DNA of 54,276 nt from a virus. Its lineage: Duplodnaviria > Caudoviricetes. The notes under the pieces are model-generated. The model was given only the letters and a program-made list of their open reading frames with translations, was not told where the DNA came from and searched no databases. Location of the stretch: positions 1 through 54,276 of IMG/VR virus record IMGVR_UViG_3300048895_000205. One strand, written 5' to 3'. Shown here in pieces: positions 16,127-25,500 of the stretch. Position 1 is the first letter of the stretch. Every line of letters starts with the position of its first letter. The position numbers were made by a program, and so were the translations under genes.

Positions 16127-16870
16127 CTACGCGGTGAAGACGTAACCGAGGATCTTCTCGCCGATCTCCTGGTCGGGCGCAACCGTGGAGTTGGCGTTCT
16201 CGCGGGCGATCTTGACCGCCTCCTGGAGCTTCAGTACCCGGGCGCGCAGTACGTTCACTTCGGACTGCGGCAGTGCACCGGAGAGCTTGATGGTAGTCCA
16301 GTCGCCGACGATCGTGTCCTCGCCGTACGTCTCCACCTGGGCCGGGTGCTTGTCCGTGGCCGGGGCCTTGACGTGGTTGCGCAGGACCTTCTTGGAGCGC
16401 GTGCTCTGCGAGGTTGTGATGTAGGCGTCGTGCTCCGTGCTCCAGGTCCATTCCTCCGATGGGTCGAGCACGGGGAGCTTGGACACGAAAGTGTGCAGGT
16501 CGACGAGCTTCTTCTCCAGCGTCAGCAGGAACGTGACCGGTACATCCTTGGCCAGCACGATTCCGTCGACTGCGATGTCGGACTTGGCCAGCTGGTTCCC
16601 GTTGTCCTTGGTCAGTTCGACGTCGAACAGGCGGACGAAGGCATTGGACAGGTCGGCGATCAGGTCCCTGGCGCGGAGCTGGAGGCGGGTGCCCTCGGGC
16701 GGAAGCTTCTCGCCCTCGTCGTCACGCGGCTTGTAGGTCCGAGCGATGCCGGACAGCTTGGGCGTGGCCTGAGCCAGGTGGTACGTCGTCGTGACCGTTC
16801 TCTCGGCATCGGCCTTGGCCCCCTTGGCGACCGCGATGACCTGGTTGAGCCTGAGTGGCGTCTTCGCCAT
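16127..16870 (-). CDS. conserved hypothetical protein (LNQVIAV.KG family; recalled as DUF7873-like, unverified)
   Basis: LNQVIAVAKG, LSGIARTYKP.DDEGEKLPPE, VPVTFLLTLEKKL, ATDKHPAQV, VKIARENAN. Confidence 0.85.
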   Translation of the reverse strand: MAKTPLRLNQVIAVAKGAKADAERTVTTTYHLAQATPKLSGIARTYKPRDDEGEKLPPEGTRLQLRARDLIADLSNAFVRLFDVELTKDNGNQLAKSDIAVDGIVLAKDVPVTFLLTLEKKLVDLHTFVSKLPVLDPSEEWTWSTEHDAYITTSQSTRSKKVLRNHVKAPATDKHPAQVETYGEDTIVGDWTTIKLSGALPQSEVNVLRARVLKLQEAVKIARENANSTVAPDQEIGEKILGYVFTA

Positions 16871-16903
16871 GATCTTCTCTCTCTCTGGGCTTACACTGCA
16901 AGC

Positions 16904-17212
16904 GTGGAACACATGCACGAATGCGAGCATTGCGGCTGCTCAGGCGCACTCTCCGTGCAGGTCCTCACCGTTCTGTTGGAGATCAAGTTAAGACTGGAGC
17001 AGCACATGACTCAGGAATCCGATGCCCTGGATGCCCTATCCGCCAAGGTTGATCTGCTGATCGCTGACGTGCGCGCTGCGCTCGCTGCGATCCAGCAGGA
17101 TCCCGGCACGCTTGGCCCTGACGGCCAGGCTGCGCTCGATGCACTGACCGCGAAGGTCGATGCGTTCGGCGCCGAGGTTGGCGACGCCGACCAGGATGGC
17201 CAGGTCGCCTAG
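16904..17212 (+). CDS. hypothetical helical protein
   Basis: TACACT-N6-GTG leaderless-type start; alternative ATG 17006 after GGAG. Confidence 0.6.
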   Translation: MEHMHECEHCGCSGALSVQVLTVLLEIKLRLEQHMTQESDALDALSAKVDLLIADVRAALAAIQQDPGTLGPDGQAALDALTAKVDAFGAEVGDADQDGQVA

Positions 17213-17222
17213 TCCCCCCAGT

Positions 17223-17274
17223 GAGTGCGGGCTCTCGTTCTTCCCCCCTCGAAAGAGGCCGAGAGCCCGCACTC
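17223..17274. terminator. strong hairpin, possibly bidirectional terminator
   Basis: GAGTGCGGGCTCTCG/CGAGAGCCCGCACTC perfect 15-bp inverted repeat. Confidence 0.65.
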
Positions 17275-17344
17275 TTCTCGCAGGAACAGCTTGCCGGCCA
17301 GCCTGCGAGAGTGGTTGGGAGCCCTAGGTGCGTGTGACTCCTTG

Positions 17345-17374
17345 AACCTACAGGGGTACGTACCCCGGTGTCAA
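17345..17374 (-). promoter_or_regulatory. promoter with palindromic operator in spacer
   Basis: TTGACA-N18-TAGGTT; spacer contains GGGGTACGTACCCC. Confidence 0.8.
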
Positions 17375-17375
17375 G

Positions 17376-17531
17376 CTACTCGCCCTCCCACTCCCGACGA
17401 GTCCTCTCGATCCGCTCCCGGGCCGCCCGGTCGGCTTCCTTCTTCTGACGGGCACGCTCCTCGGCCAGGATCCGCTCGCGTCGTTCCCGCTCTTCCCTCT
17501 CGCCGCGCTCGCGGTCATTCTCTTTGGTCAC
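17376..17531 (-). CDS. small E/R-rich helical protein (51 aa)
   Basis: MTKENDRERGEREERERRER...; TATATT-N6-GTG. Confidence 0.65.
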   Translation of the reverse strand: MTKENDRERGEREERERRERILAEERARQKKEADRAARERIERTRREWEGE

Positions 17532-17537
17532 TTCATC

Positions 17538-17567
17538 AATATACCGGGGTACGTACGGGTGACGTAA
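17538..17567 (-). promoter_or_regulatory. promoter with operator in spacer
   Basis: TTACGT-N18-TATATT; spacer contains CCCGTACGTACCCC. Confidence 0.6.
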
Positions 17568-17630
17568 GCCCTTGACCGGCGCCAGTTCAAGGTGTATTGG
17601 AATGCCGGTAGTTCCCTCTATGATGCGATC

Positions 17631-17933
17631 ATGCTGGCGATATGGGCGTATGTCCTGATCACTCTGGCCGCGGCCCGGGTGACCCGGCTGGTTACCAAGG
17701 ATCGAATCGCGCTGGGACTGCGCAAGGGAATCGTGGCCAAGTACGGCGAAGGCTATTGGCTGGCCTACTTGGTTTTCTGCCCGTTCTGCGTCGGCTTCTG
17801 GCTGTCTTTGCCGGCCACTGTCGCCTGGATGCTGCTGACCCTGCCGCTGCATCTGTGGTGGCTGGCCGTTCCTGCTTGGCCGGCAATGAGCTATCTGATT
17901 GCACCGGTGCTGCTCAAGCTAGAAGGTGACTAA
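17631..17933 (+). CDS. DUF1360-like membrane protein
   Basis: LAAARVTRLVTKDRI...CPFCVGFW; directly before portal; TATGAT-N6-ATG. Confidence 0.8.
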   Translation: MLAIWAYVLITLAAARVTRLVTKDRIALGLRKGIVAKYGEGYWLAYLVFCPFCVGFWLSLPATVAWMLLTLPLHLWWLAVPAWPAMSYLIAPVLLKLEGD

Positions 17934-19885
17934 TGGCCTTCGGCCGGAGCAAGGACGTCGCGGTCATTGAGGACGCGCCTGTCGTTCGCGCGTCCCGCGG
18001 TACGCCTCGCTCCTTGGTCGCATCCGCGGTCCAGATGCGCATGGACGACGCCTCATACAACACGTACCGCTTTCGCGATGAGACTTGGCAGCGTGAGCTG
18101 TGGCGCCTGTATGACATCATTCCCGAGTTCGGCTACGCCGCTCGTTGGGTCGGCTCATGCTGCTCGCAGGTCCGGATCTTTGTAGCCGAGGTCGACAAGC
18201 TCGGACGGGTCCAGGGCGAGACAACCAACGAGAAGATCAACGCGCTCTCGGACAGCCTGCTCGGCGGTCCCAGCTCGAAAGCCGAAGCGCTACGGTCCAT
18301 CGGCATCAACCTGACCGTGGCCGGCGAGGCCTACATCCTCGGTCGTACCGACAACGTCCTGGACAAGGACGAGTGGTTCATTCTCTCCAGCTCCGAGTTC
18401 CGCCGGGTCCGCAACTGCGGAAACAACGGCGGTACGTGTCTTGGGTGGGGCGACAAGTACGCACCGCAGATCGTGGACCTAGCCAAGCAGGTCGTCACTC
18501 GGGTCTGGACCCCGCATCCGCAGCGCATTTGGCTGGCCGACTCACCTTCGCGCTCGTGTCAGCCGGTTCTGCGCGAGCTGGAACAGCTCACCAAGTACGT
18601 GTTCAGCCAGATCGATAGCCGCCTGGTCGGCGCTGGCCTACTGGTCATCCCCAACAACCTGGACTTCCCGCAGGACCCGGCGCAGGAAGAGAACGTCTCC
18701 TCGTCGGACACGCTGCTGATGAAGCTGGCCACGGCTGGCGCGGCCTCGCTCCGCGGTGAGGGCACGGCGATGGCGGTCCTGCCGCACATCATCGAGGCCA
18801 ACCCTGAGGACGTCGAGCGCGGCTTCCGGCTCATCGAGTTCGCCAGCGAACTGTCCAAGCAGGCCATGGAGCTGCGCGACGAGGCGATCCGCCGGCTGGC
18901 CACTGGCATGGACATGCCGGCCGAGGCGCTGACGGGCATGGGCGATACGAACCACTGGAACGGTTGGTTCATCGACGGCTACGGCATCAAGGTCCACATT
19001 GAACCGTTGATGAACCGGATCTGTCAGGCGCTCACCAAGGCCTACCTGATCCCGGCACTCAAGCTCATGGGCGTCAAGGACCCAGCCCGGTACCAGTTCT
19101 CCTTCGATACCGCCCCGCTCGCAGTGCGCCCGCAGCGACTTCAGGATGCCCTGAACCTGTACGAGAAGCGCATCATCGGGGCTGCCGCGGTGCGCGATGC
19201 CGGCAACTTCAAGGAGTCCGACGCGATGACCGGCGACGAGCTGGCCGCGAGCGAGACCCTGGAGATCGTCCTGCGTGATCCAAACCTGTATCAGAAGCTG
19301 GGTGTCCGCGAACTCATCGGCATCAGCAAGGAGATGCTGCCGCAGGACGAGTTCATCATGGCCACACCCGGCCTGGGTGGAGGCGGCCCGGGAGCACCGC
19401 CACCACCTGCGCCGCCGACCGGAATCCAGTCAGAGCTACCGCCACCCATTCCGGACACCCAAGGCGAGATACCCCCGCCGCAAGGCACGCCACCGGGCGG
19501 GGGCGGCGCGGTGACCGCCTCCCTGGCTTCCCGGGAGGAACTGGGTCTGATCGTGCTGTCCGAGGCCGCGGTCCGGCGCGGGCTTGAGCTGGCCGGGAAG
19601 CGCCTGCTGGATCGGCATAACCGTGACAGATGGCCAGACGTGCCACACTTCGATCTCCATACACGCATCCGCGTCACAGACACTGCACACGCGACCCGTC
19701 TGCTCAACGGCGCCTGGGACCAGCTCAATGGACTCGTGGATGTCTTGGATGCGGACGTAGACCCAGATCGGCTCCGTCAGTCGCTTCACCGTTACTGCTG
19801 TGCCCTTCTTACGACGGCCAGTCCCCACGTCCCGCAGAACCTTTTCGCCATGCTGCGCGCAGAAGGCCTTATTCATGGGAGCTAG
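17933..19885 (+). CDS. portal protein
   Basis: WQ.E.WRLYD..PE, R.W.PHP, AIRRLA.GMDMP.E.L.G....NHW; position in head module. Confidence 0.88.
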   Translation: MAFGRSKDVAVIEDAPVVRASRGTPRSLVASAVQMRMDDASYNTYRFRDETWQRELWRLYDIIPEFGYAARWVGSCCSQVRIFVAEVDKLGRVQGETTNEKINALSDSLLGGPSSKAEALRSIGINLTVAGEAYILGRTDNVLDKDEWFILSSSEFRRVRNCGNNGGTCLGWGDKYAPQIVDLAKQVVTRVWTPHPQRIWLADSPSRSCQPVLRELEQLTKYVFSQIDSRLVGAGLLVIPNNLDFPQDPAQEENVSSSDTLLMKLATAGAASLRGEGTAMAVLPHIIEANPEDVERGFRLIEFASELSKQAMELRDEAIRRLATGMDMPAEALTGMGDTNHWNGWFIDGYGIKVHIEPLMNRICQALTKAYLIPALKLMGVKDPARYQFSFDTAPLAVRPQRLQDALNLYEKRIIGAAAVRDAGNFKESDAMTGDELAASETLEIVLRDPNLYQKLGVRELIGISKEMLPQDEFIMATPGLGGGGPGAPPPPAPPTGIQSELPPPIPDTQGEIPPPQGTPPGGGGAVTASLASREELGLIVLSEAAVRRGLELAGKRLLDRHNRDRWPDVPHFDLHTRIRVTDTAHATRLLNGAWDQLNGLVDVLDADVDPDRLRQSLHRYCCALLTTASPHVPQNLFAMLRAEGLIHGS

Positions 19886-20612
19886 CTCCGGGGCTGAGGA
19901 CTCCGTCTACCAGGCTGCGAAGCGCGGACTTCGGGCCTTCCTGGGTCGCGCCCGCGATCTGGTACTGGCGCCGTTCGGGAAGTTCGGGGCCACGCCGAAT
20001 CCAGAAGCTGTCTACGCAGCCGTACCCGTTTGGCAGGCGGAAGTAGACCGCATCATGAATGCACTCACCCCAGCCTTGCAGGAGGGCTGGGCCGCTGCAC
20101 ATCTCAGCGGGAGCTACAGCCCGTCCGATCCGTACGTCCAGGCCAACCTCGCCCTGACTCACAATCTTCTTGTTCGCGTGCCAGATGAGATTCACGCAGT
20201 AGTTATCCGGGAGATTCTGGCCGGCACTAATGCGGGCGAGGACAATGCGACGATTGCCCGACGGGTAAACGGAGTGCTTGATTACTCGGGCGTTGAGAAT
20301 TGGGATAATAGGGCCCGGGTGATTGCAAACACCGAAACTAACCGTCACTACAATTCCTCCCTCTTGGCGCATGCCCTGCTGGTGGAGCGGCAGGACGGTG
20401 GCGGGACGTACACGAAGCAATGGGACACGCGCATGGACGGCAGGGAGCGCGACGCCCACAAGCGGGCGAACAACCAGGTACGTACCCTGTCACAACCTTA
20501 CAGCGTCGACGGCCAACCGCTGATGTTCCCCGGCGACCCGACCGGCGCTCCCGAGAACGTGATCAACTGCCGCTGCTCTCAGGTCATCCGTAAGTCTGGA
20601 GTCCCACTATGA
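19875..20612 (+). CDS. MuF-like (SPP1 gp7-type) minor head protein
   Basis: RA..IA.TE, KQW....D.RER.AH, LMFPGDP....ENVINCRC. Confidence 0.9.
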   Translation: MGASSGAEDSVYQAAKRGLRAFLGRARDLVLAPFGKFGATPNPEAVYAAVPVWQAEVDRIMNALTPALQEGWAAAHLSGSYSPSDPYVQANLALTHNLLVRVPDEIHAVVIREILAGTNAGEDNATIARRVNGVLDYSGVENWDNRARVIANTETNRHYNSSLLAHALLVERQDGGGTYTKQWDTRMDGRERDAHKRANNQVRTLSQPYSVDGQPLMFPGDPTGAPENVINCRCSQVIRKSGVPL

Positions 20613-22573
20613 CGATCCGCTACACCGGCCTGATCGCTCCGGAGGAGACGCCGACCGGCGACGGCCGCCTGTTTGCCGCCGGCAAGGGCACCACGCGCCC
20701 GCTTCCGGTACCCGTGATGGCCAAGTTCCAGTCCGGCGGCCACGTGGACGCTACGGTCGTGGGCAAGCTGGTCCGCACGTTCGCCGGCCCCGGCGGCATG
20801 TGGGGCTCGATCGACTTCCTGGACCCGGCCATGGTCCCTGAGGTCAACAAGGCCATGTACATGTTGGACAACAAGGTCATGGGTCCGAGCGTGGACCTCG
20901 ACCGCGACTACACCATCGAGCAGGCGCCGCACCCGACCAAGGTCGGGTCGAAGGTCGCTCGGTTCTCCTCGTACAACATCGTCGGCGTGACGCTGGTACC
21001 GATGCCGGCGTTCAGCCAGGTCCACCTCAGCGTCGACAACAAGGAAGAGCAGCAGGCTCTTCTCGCCTCAGCCGGCGTCTGGATGAGCTTCGACATCAAC
21101 GCGCGGGCCTGGGACCAGTGGCCGATCGCTGACCGGCAGTACACCTGGAATGCTGACGACGCGGTCAAGCGGATCGCCGCCTGGTCTGGTATCGGGACCA
21201 AGACGCCGAGCCTGGACCACTACGCCTCGACGTTCCTGTGGCGTGACGGCTCGCAGGCCGGCGACACGCTCGCCCAGGACAGCTTCCGGCTGCCCTTGGC
21301 CGACATCATCGACGGCCAGCCACACCTGGTCTACCACGCGGTGTACGCCGCCGCGGCGCTGCTGGCCGGCGGCCACGGTGGCCTGCCGAACATCCCGCAG
21401 CCCGAGCAGGAGCGGATGAAGGGCGTCATCAACGCCATCTACGACAAGATGGCTAAGGCGTTCCAGGACTCCTCCATGCACTCGCCGTTCGCCGGACCGC
21501 AGCACGCCTCGCTCGACACCGACTGCGGGTGCGAGGACTTCGCGGCCAAGGTTCAGCCGTACGGGGACGTCGAGTACGCCGACCCCGGCTTCCGGGACAA
21601 CAAGAAGCGTTACCCGGTGGACACGCCCGAGCATGTCCGCGCAGCGTGGTCGTACATCAACCAGGGCGACAACGCAGCTGAGTACACGCCCGAGCAGTTG
21701 GCGCACATCAAGGCGGCGATCAAGAAGGCGGCCAAGAAGCATGATGTCGACATCGCTGGAGAGTCCGACGAGCGCGAGTCTTCTCGTGAAGCCGAGAACG
21801 AGCGCCAGGCGGCGCTCATCGCAGGAGTGGCACCCATTGCTCCCCCGCGTGAGTGGTTCGATAACCCTCGACTCAAGGGACCTACCCGATTCACTATTGA
21901 CCCTAGTGGACGCGTGTTTGGCCATGTGGCCGAATGGAAGAAGTGCCACCTCGGCATCGGAGACCGCTGTGTCATCGCGCCCAAGTCCCGCACGAACTAC
22001 CGCTACTTCCGGCTCGGACCGGTGCTGTGCGCTGACGGCACACTGGTCGACTGCGGCAAGATCACTCTGGGCGCAGGTCACGCCAACGAGCAGTGGGGCG
22101 TCATTCCTTCCCGCGAGCACTACGACAATTCAGCCCTCTGCGCTGCTGTGGTCAACGTGGGCGAAGATCAGTATGGGATCTGGGTGGCGGGAGCACTCAC
22201 TGCGGGAATGACCGAGGAGAAGATCGCGGAGCTGCGTCGGTCCCCGCTATCCGGCGACTGGCGCCGGGTCGACGGCAACCTGGAGATGATTGCGGCTCTG
22301 GCTGTAAACAACCCTGGTTTCGTCGTACGCGAAAAGGACGGCGCGACCTTCTCCATGATGGGTGTCGGCGTGGTTGAGGACGAGCCAGCGGACACGGCGG
22401 AGTTCGACGCTCGCCTGGCCGCCATTCAGGACCGCCGCGACGCGCTCAGGGCCAAGCAGAAGGCTGATCGACTCAAGACCATCCAAGATAAGAAGACGGC
22501 GCTGGACGCGAGCAAGGAAGACCAGATGCTCGCAGTGCAAATGAATGCTCAGTTCCACGTCCTTCAGGAGTAG
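20609..22573 (+). CDS. capsid maturation protease with inserted domains
   Basis: E..PTGDGR.F, TLVPMPAF, GRVFGHVA.W..CH, GIWVAG, LSGDWR..LAVN.PGF; internal YADPG...KRYPVDT..HVRAAWSYI. Confidence 0.8.
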   Translation: MTIRYTGLIAPEETPTGDGRLFAAGKGTTRPLPVPVMAKFQSGGHVDATVVGKLVRTFAGPGGMWGSIDFLDPAMVPEVNKAMYMLDNKVMGPSVDLDRDYTIEQAPHPTKVGSKVARFSSYNIVGVTLVPMPAFSQVHLSVDNKEEQQALLASAGVWMSFDINARAWDQWPIADRQYTWNADDAVKRIAAWSGIGTKTPSLDHYASTFLWRDGSQAGDTLAQDSFRLPLADIIDGQPHLVYHAVYAAAALLAGGHGGLPNIPQPEQERMKGVINAIYDKMAKAFQDSSMHSPFAGPQHASLDTDCGCEDFAAKVQPYGDVEYADPGFRDNKKRYPVDTPEHVRAAWSYINQGDNAAEYTPEQLAHIKAAIKKAAKKHDVDIAGESDERESSREAENERQAALIAGVAPIAPPREWFDNPRLKGPTRFTIDPSGRVFGHVAEWKKCHLGIGDRCVIAPKSRTNYRYFRLGPVLCADGTLVDCGKITLGAGHANEQWGVIPSREHYDNSALCAAVVNVGEDQYGIWVAGALTAGMTEEKIAELRRSPLSGDWRRVDGNLEMIAALAVNNPGFVVREKDGATFSMMGVGVVEDEPADTAEFDARLAAIQDRRDALRAKQKADRLKTIQDKKTALDASKEDQMLAVQMNAQFHVLQE

Positions 22574-22575
22574 TA

Positions 22576-25500
22576 GTGCTGGCGCTGCTGGAAATGAACC
22601 AGTCGACCGAGGAATTCGCGGTCGACTTGGCGGCGTGGGAACCGCAACTTCACCCTCGTGACTCGCATGGTCGGTTCCGCGATAAGTGGGGACTGCCGCC
22701 GGCCATCAAGAAGGCCGTCGAGGCGATCCTCAAGAACTTCTCGCCGGCCACCTTCCGCTCTGATGCTCACGCCCAGGGCTACACCGAATCACTGCACGCC
22801 AAGCAGCACCACGATCCGCTCCAGCAGGCCAGTCTCGACTACTTCATGACCACCCGCGGTGCGGACGACATCCAGTCCACGCTTCGGGCGGGCAAGGACG
22901 ACACACCGCACATTCGCGGACTCGACCAGGCGATGAAGCCGCTACCGAACGACGTTCTACTGACCCGGGTCGTCGGCCCTGAGGCGTTCGGCCTGCCGCC
23001 CGAGCGCATCGGCGAGGTCGAGGAGTGGACCGGCCGCCTGGTCACGGACAAGGGATTCCAGCCGACGAACCTTGGCAACCCGCTCAGTCCGGGGGATGCC
23101 TCGGCCGGGCACATCACCCTGTCCTTGGTCACTCCACGCGGGACCAAAGCAGCCATCCCCGGCGGCTCGCGCTCGGTCATTTTGGATCGCGAGCAGCCCT
23201 ATCGGATCATGCGCGTCACGCCGGACGGCAAGGGTGGTCTGTTCGTCTACGGCGTGGTCGAGCCCAAGCAGAGCGCGGTCAAGCGCACGCCGGCCCACAA
23301 CCTCGGTAAGGAGCTGCCCGGTCACGAGCACGCGCCGGCCATCGACGCGACGCCGGCTGAGCATGCGAAGCGCGGACTCAACCCCGACGGCACGCCGATG
23401 GTCAATCCAAATGCGACCGCGCCACCGGCCGTGGACACCAGTCGACCCGATCTGGCGCAACCGAACGGGCCGCAGCCGACTACGCTCGCGCCGAACGCGA
23501 GCGCGCCTACTCAGCCCGCAGTCAGCGACCAGCAGCGCCACCTGGACAAGGCCAAGCAGGCGCACGACCGCATCGCGGCTGACCGCGCGGCTGGGCGCGA
23601 ACCGTCCAAGGAGGACATTCGTCGGGCTGCCCATCATTCCAGCGCCGCCGAGGCCGCGGCCAAGGCGGAGGAACCGGCGAAGGCTAAGGAAGTTCAGGAT
23701 CTCCGCGACCAGGTTGAAGAGCTACGCAAGCAGGTTAAGGCCGCGGCGGCTCCAGCGAAGGCGGTACCAACCAAGAAGGCTGCGAAGTCAGTACCGAAGA
23801 AGGTCCCATCCAAGGCCGTCCAGGAGGCCGGCAAGGGAACCAAGTCTCCCGTTCAGCGCGACCACGGGCAGCCTGATGAATTCCTTCAGGGGCCCAAAAA
23901 GGCGGGCGCCCGCGAGGCTGGTCAGGTTTCTGGCATCGTTTCGAAGTCGAAGACCGGCCTGACCGAGCACGAGCAGTCCACCAACGGTCCCGACAGTGCA
24001 GGCCTCGGTGGCCGGGCTGGCCGGGCGCCGGCAGCCAAGAAGGCGGTCGCCAAGGCCGCGAGGGCAGCTCCGGCCAAGAAGGCCGCGCCCGCGAAGAAGG
24101 CTGCTCCGGCAGAGGTCGCGCCCGACCAGTATGAGAAGACCACGGTCGCGAATCTGAAGGCGGAAGCCGGCAAGCGCGGTATCAAGATCCTGTCGCGCGA
24201 TCGCAAGGCCGACATCGTGGCCAAGCTGCGCGAGGACGACAAGAGCAAGGGCGAAACCAAGGGCAAGACGTTCATAGGCAACGTGCCCTCGACGCACGGC
24301 AACGCCAACCCCGTTGAGGAACCGCGCAAGGCGACAACGCCAGCTCTGGATGTACGAGCCGAGGGTCGCAAGGCTGCGCGGGCGGCGCGTCAGCGAGTGG
24401 CCAAGGCTCAGATCGCGGCCGAGGCTCAGGCCACGGTCAACGAGCTGAACGCTAAGGGCGCCTCGCACGACGTCATCGCGAAGCATCTGCGTGCGATCGC
24501 ATCCGGTCCGAGCTTGGACGAGATCAGCGATCCTGATGCGCGAGCGCTCATGCGGGGCCGACTGGAGGAAGCAGCCGATGCCTTCAAGGAAGGCCACAAC
24601 GTTGACGCGGTCGTGAAGCTTCGACTGTTGTCGAAGGAGCACGGGGTCAAGGTCGAGGGCAAGGCGAAGGACATCGTCGACTTCAACCCCGACAAGCACG
24701 ACCACGTCGGTGCCGGCTTGGAGCCCGGCGACAAGGCGCAGATCATCAAGCCCGGGGCGATTGATGCCGAAGGTCGAGTCCTACACAAGGCCGTCGTTCG
24801 CAAGGCGCCGGCCGAGGACGTCGCCAAGGCCGCCGAGGCAGAGCGCACACCGATCGTGCCGTTGACCGCGGTCGCGGCGAAGGCCGGCATCGAGCCGCAG
24901 ACGATGTCGGGCCAGCAGGCGATGAGCGAGGCCGGGCGCATGGTTCGGCAGGGCAAGGACGGTAAGGAAATCGCTGCCCGTCTCCGCGAGCACGCGGACA
25001 GTCTGGAGCAGGTCGAGAATCCTGAGATCGGCGATCGCTTGCACCATTCGCCGGAAGACGTCACCGATATCCAGAAGGCCGATGTGCGCGAACTGCGCCG
25101 ACTGGCCGGCCTGGTCGAGAAGCAGTACAAGGCCCGCGATGTGACGCCGGCCAAGAAGGCGACTACGCCGCCTGGGCGCGAGCCCCGGGCAGCCAAGGCA
25201 CTCCCCGAGAAGGTCCAATCAAGGGCGGCCAAGGCTGCCGCAGAAGAGGCATCACCGACCGAGGCCAGTCCGAGCTTCGATGCCAAGAAGGCGAAGACCT
25301 ACAGTCCCGTTGTTCAGGTGAAGCACGCGGACATCATGGACGCCCCGGCGGACAAGAAGACCACGATCGTTCCAGAATGGGGCGGCGAGCAGCACTTCAT
25401 CGGCCCGTGGGTGGCCGTGAAGAACGACGAAGGAAAGGTTGCCTACGGCTCCGCCCTGAAAGAGTGGATGGACATGCACGAGCGTGTCCCTGGAACCAAG

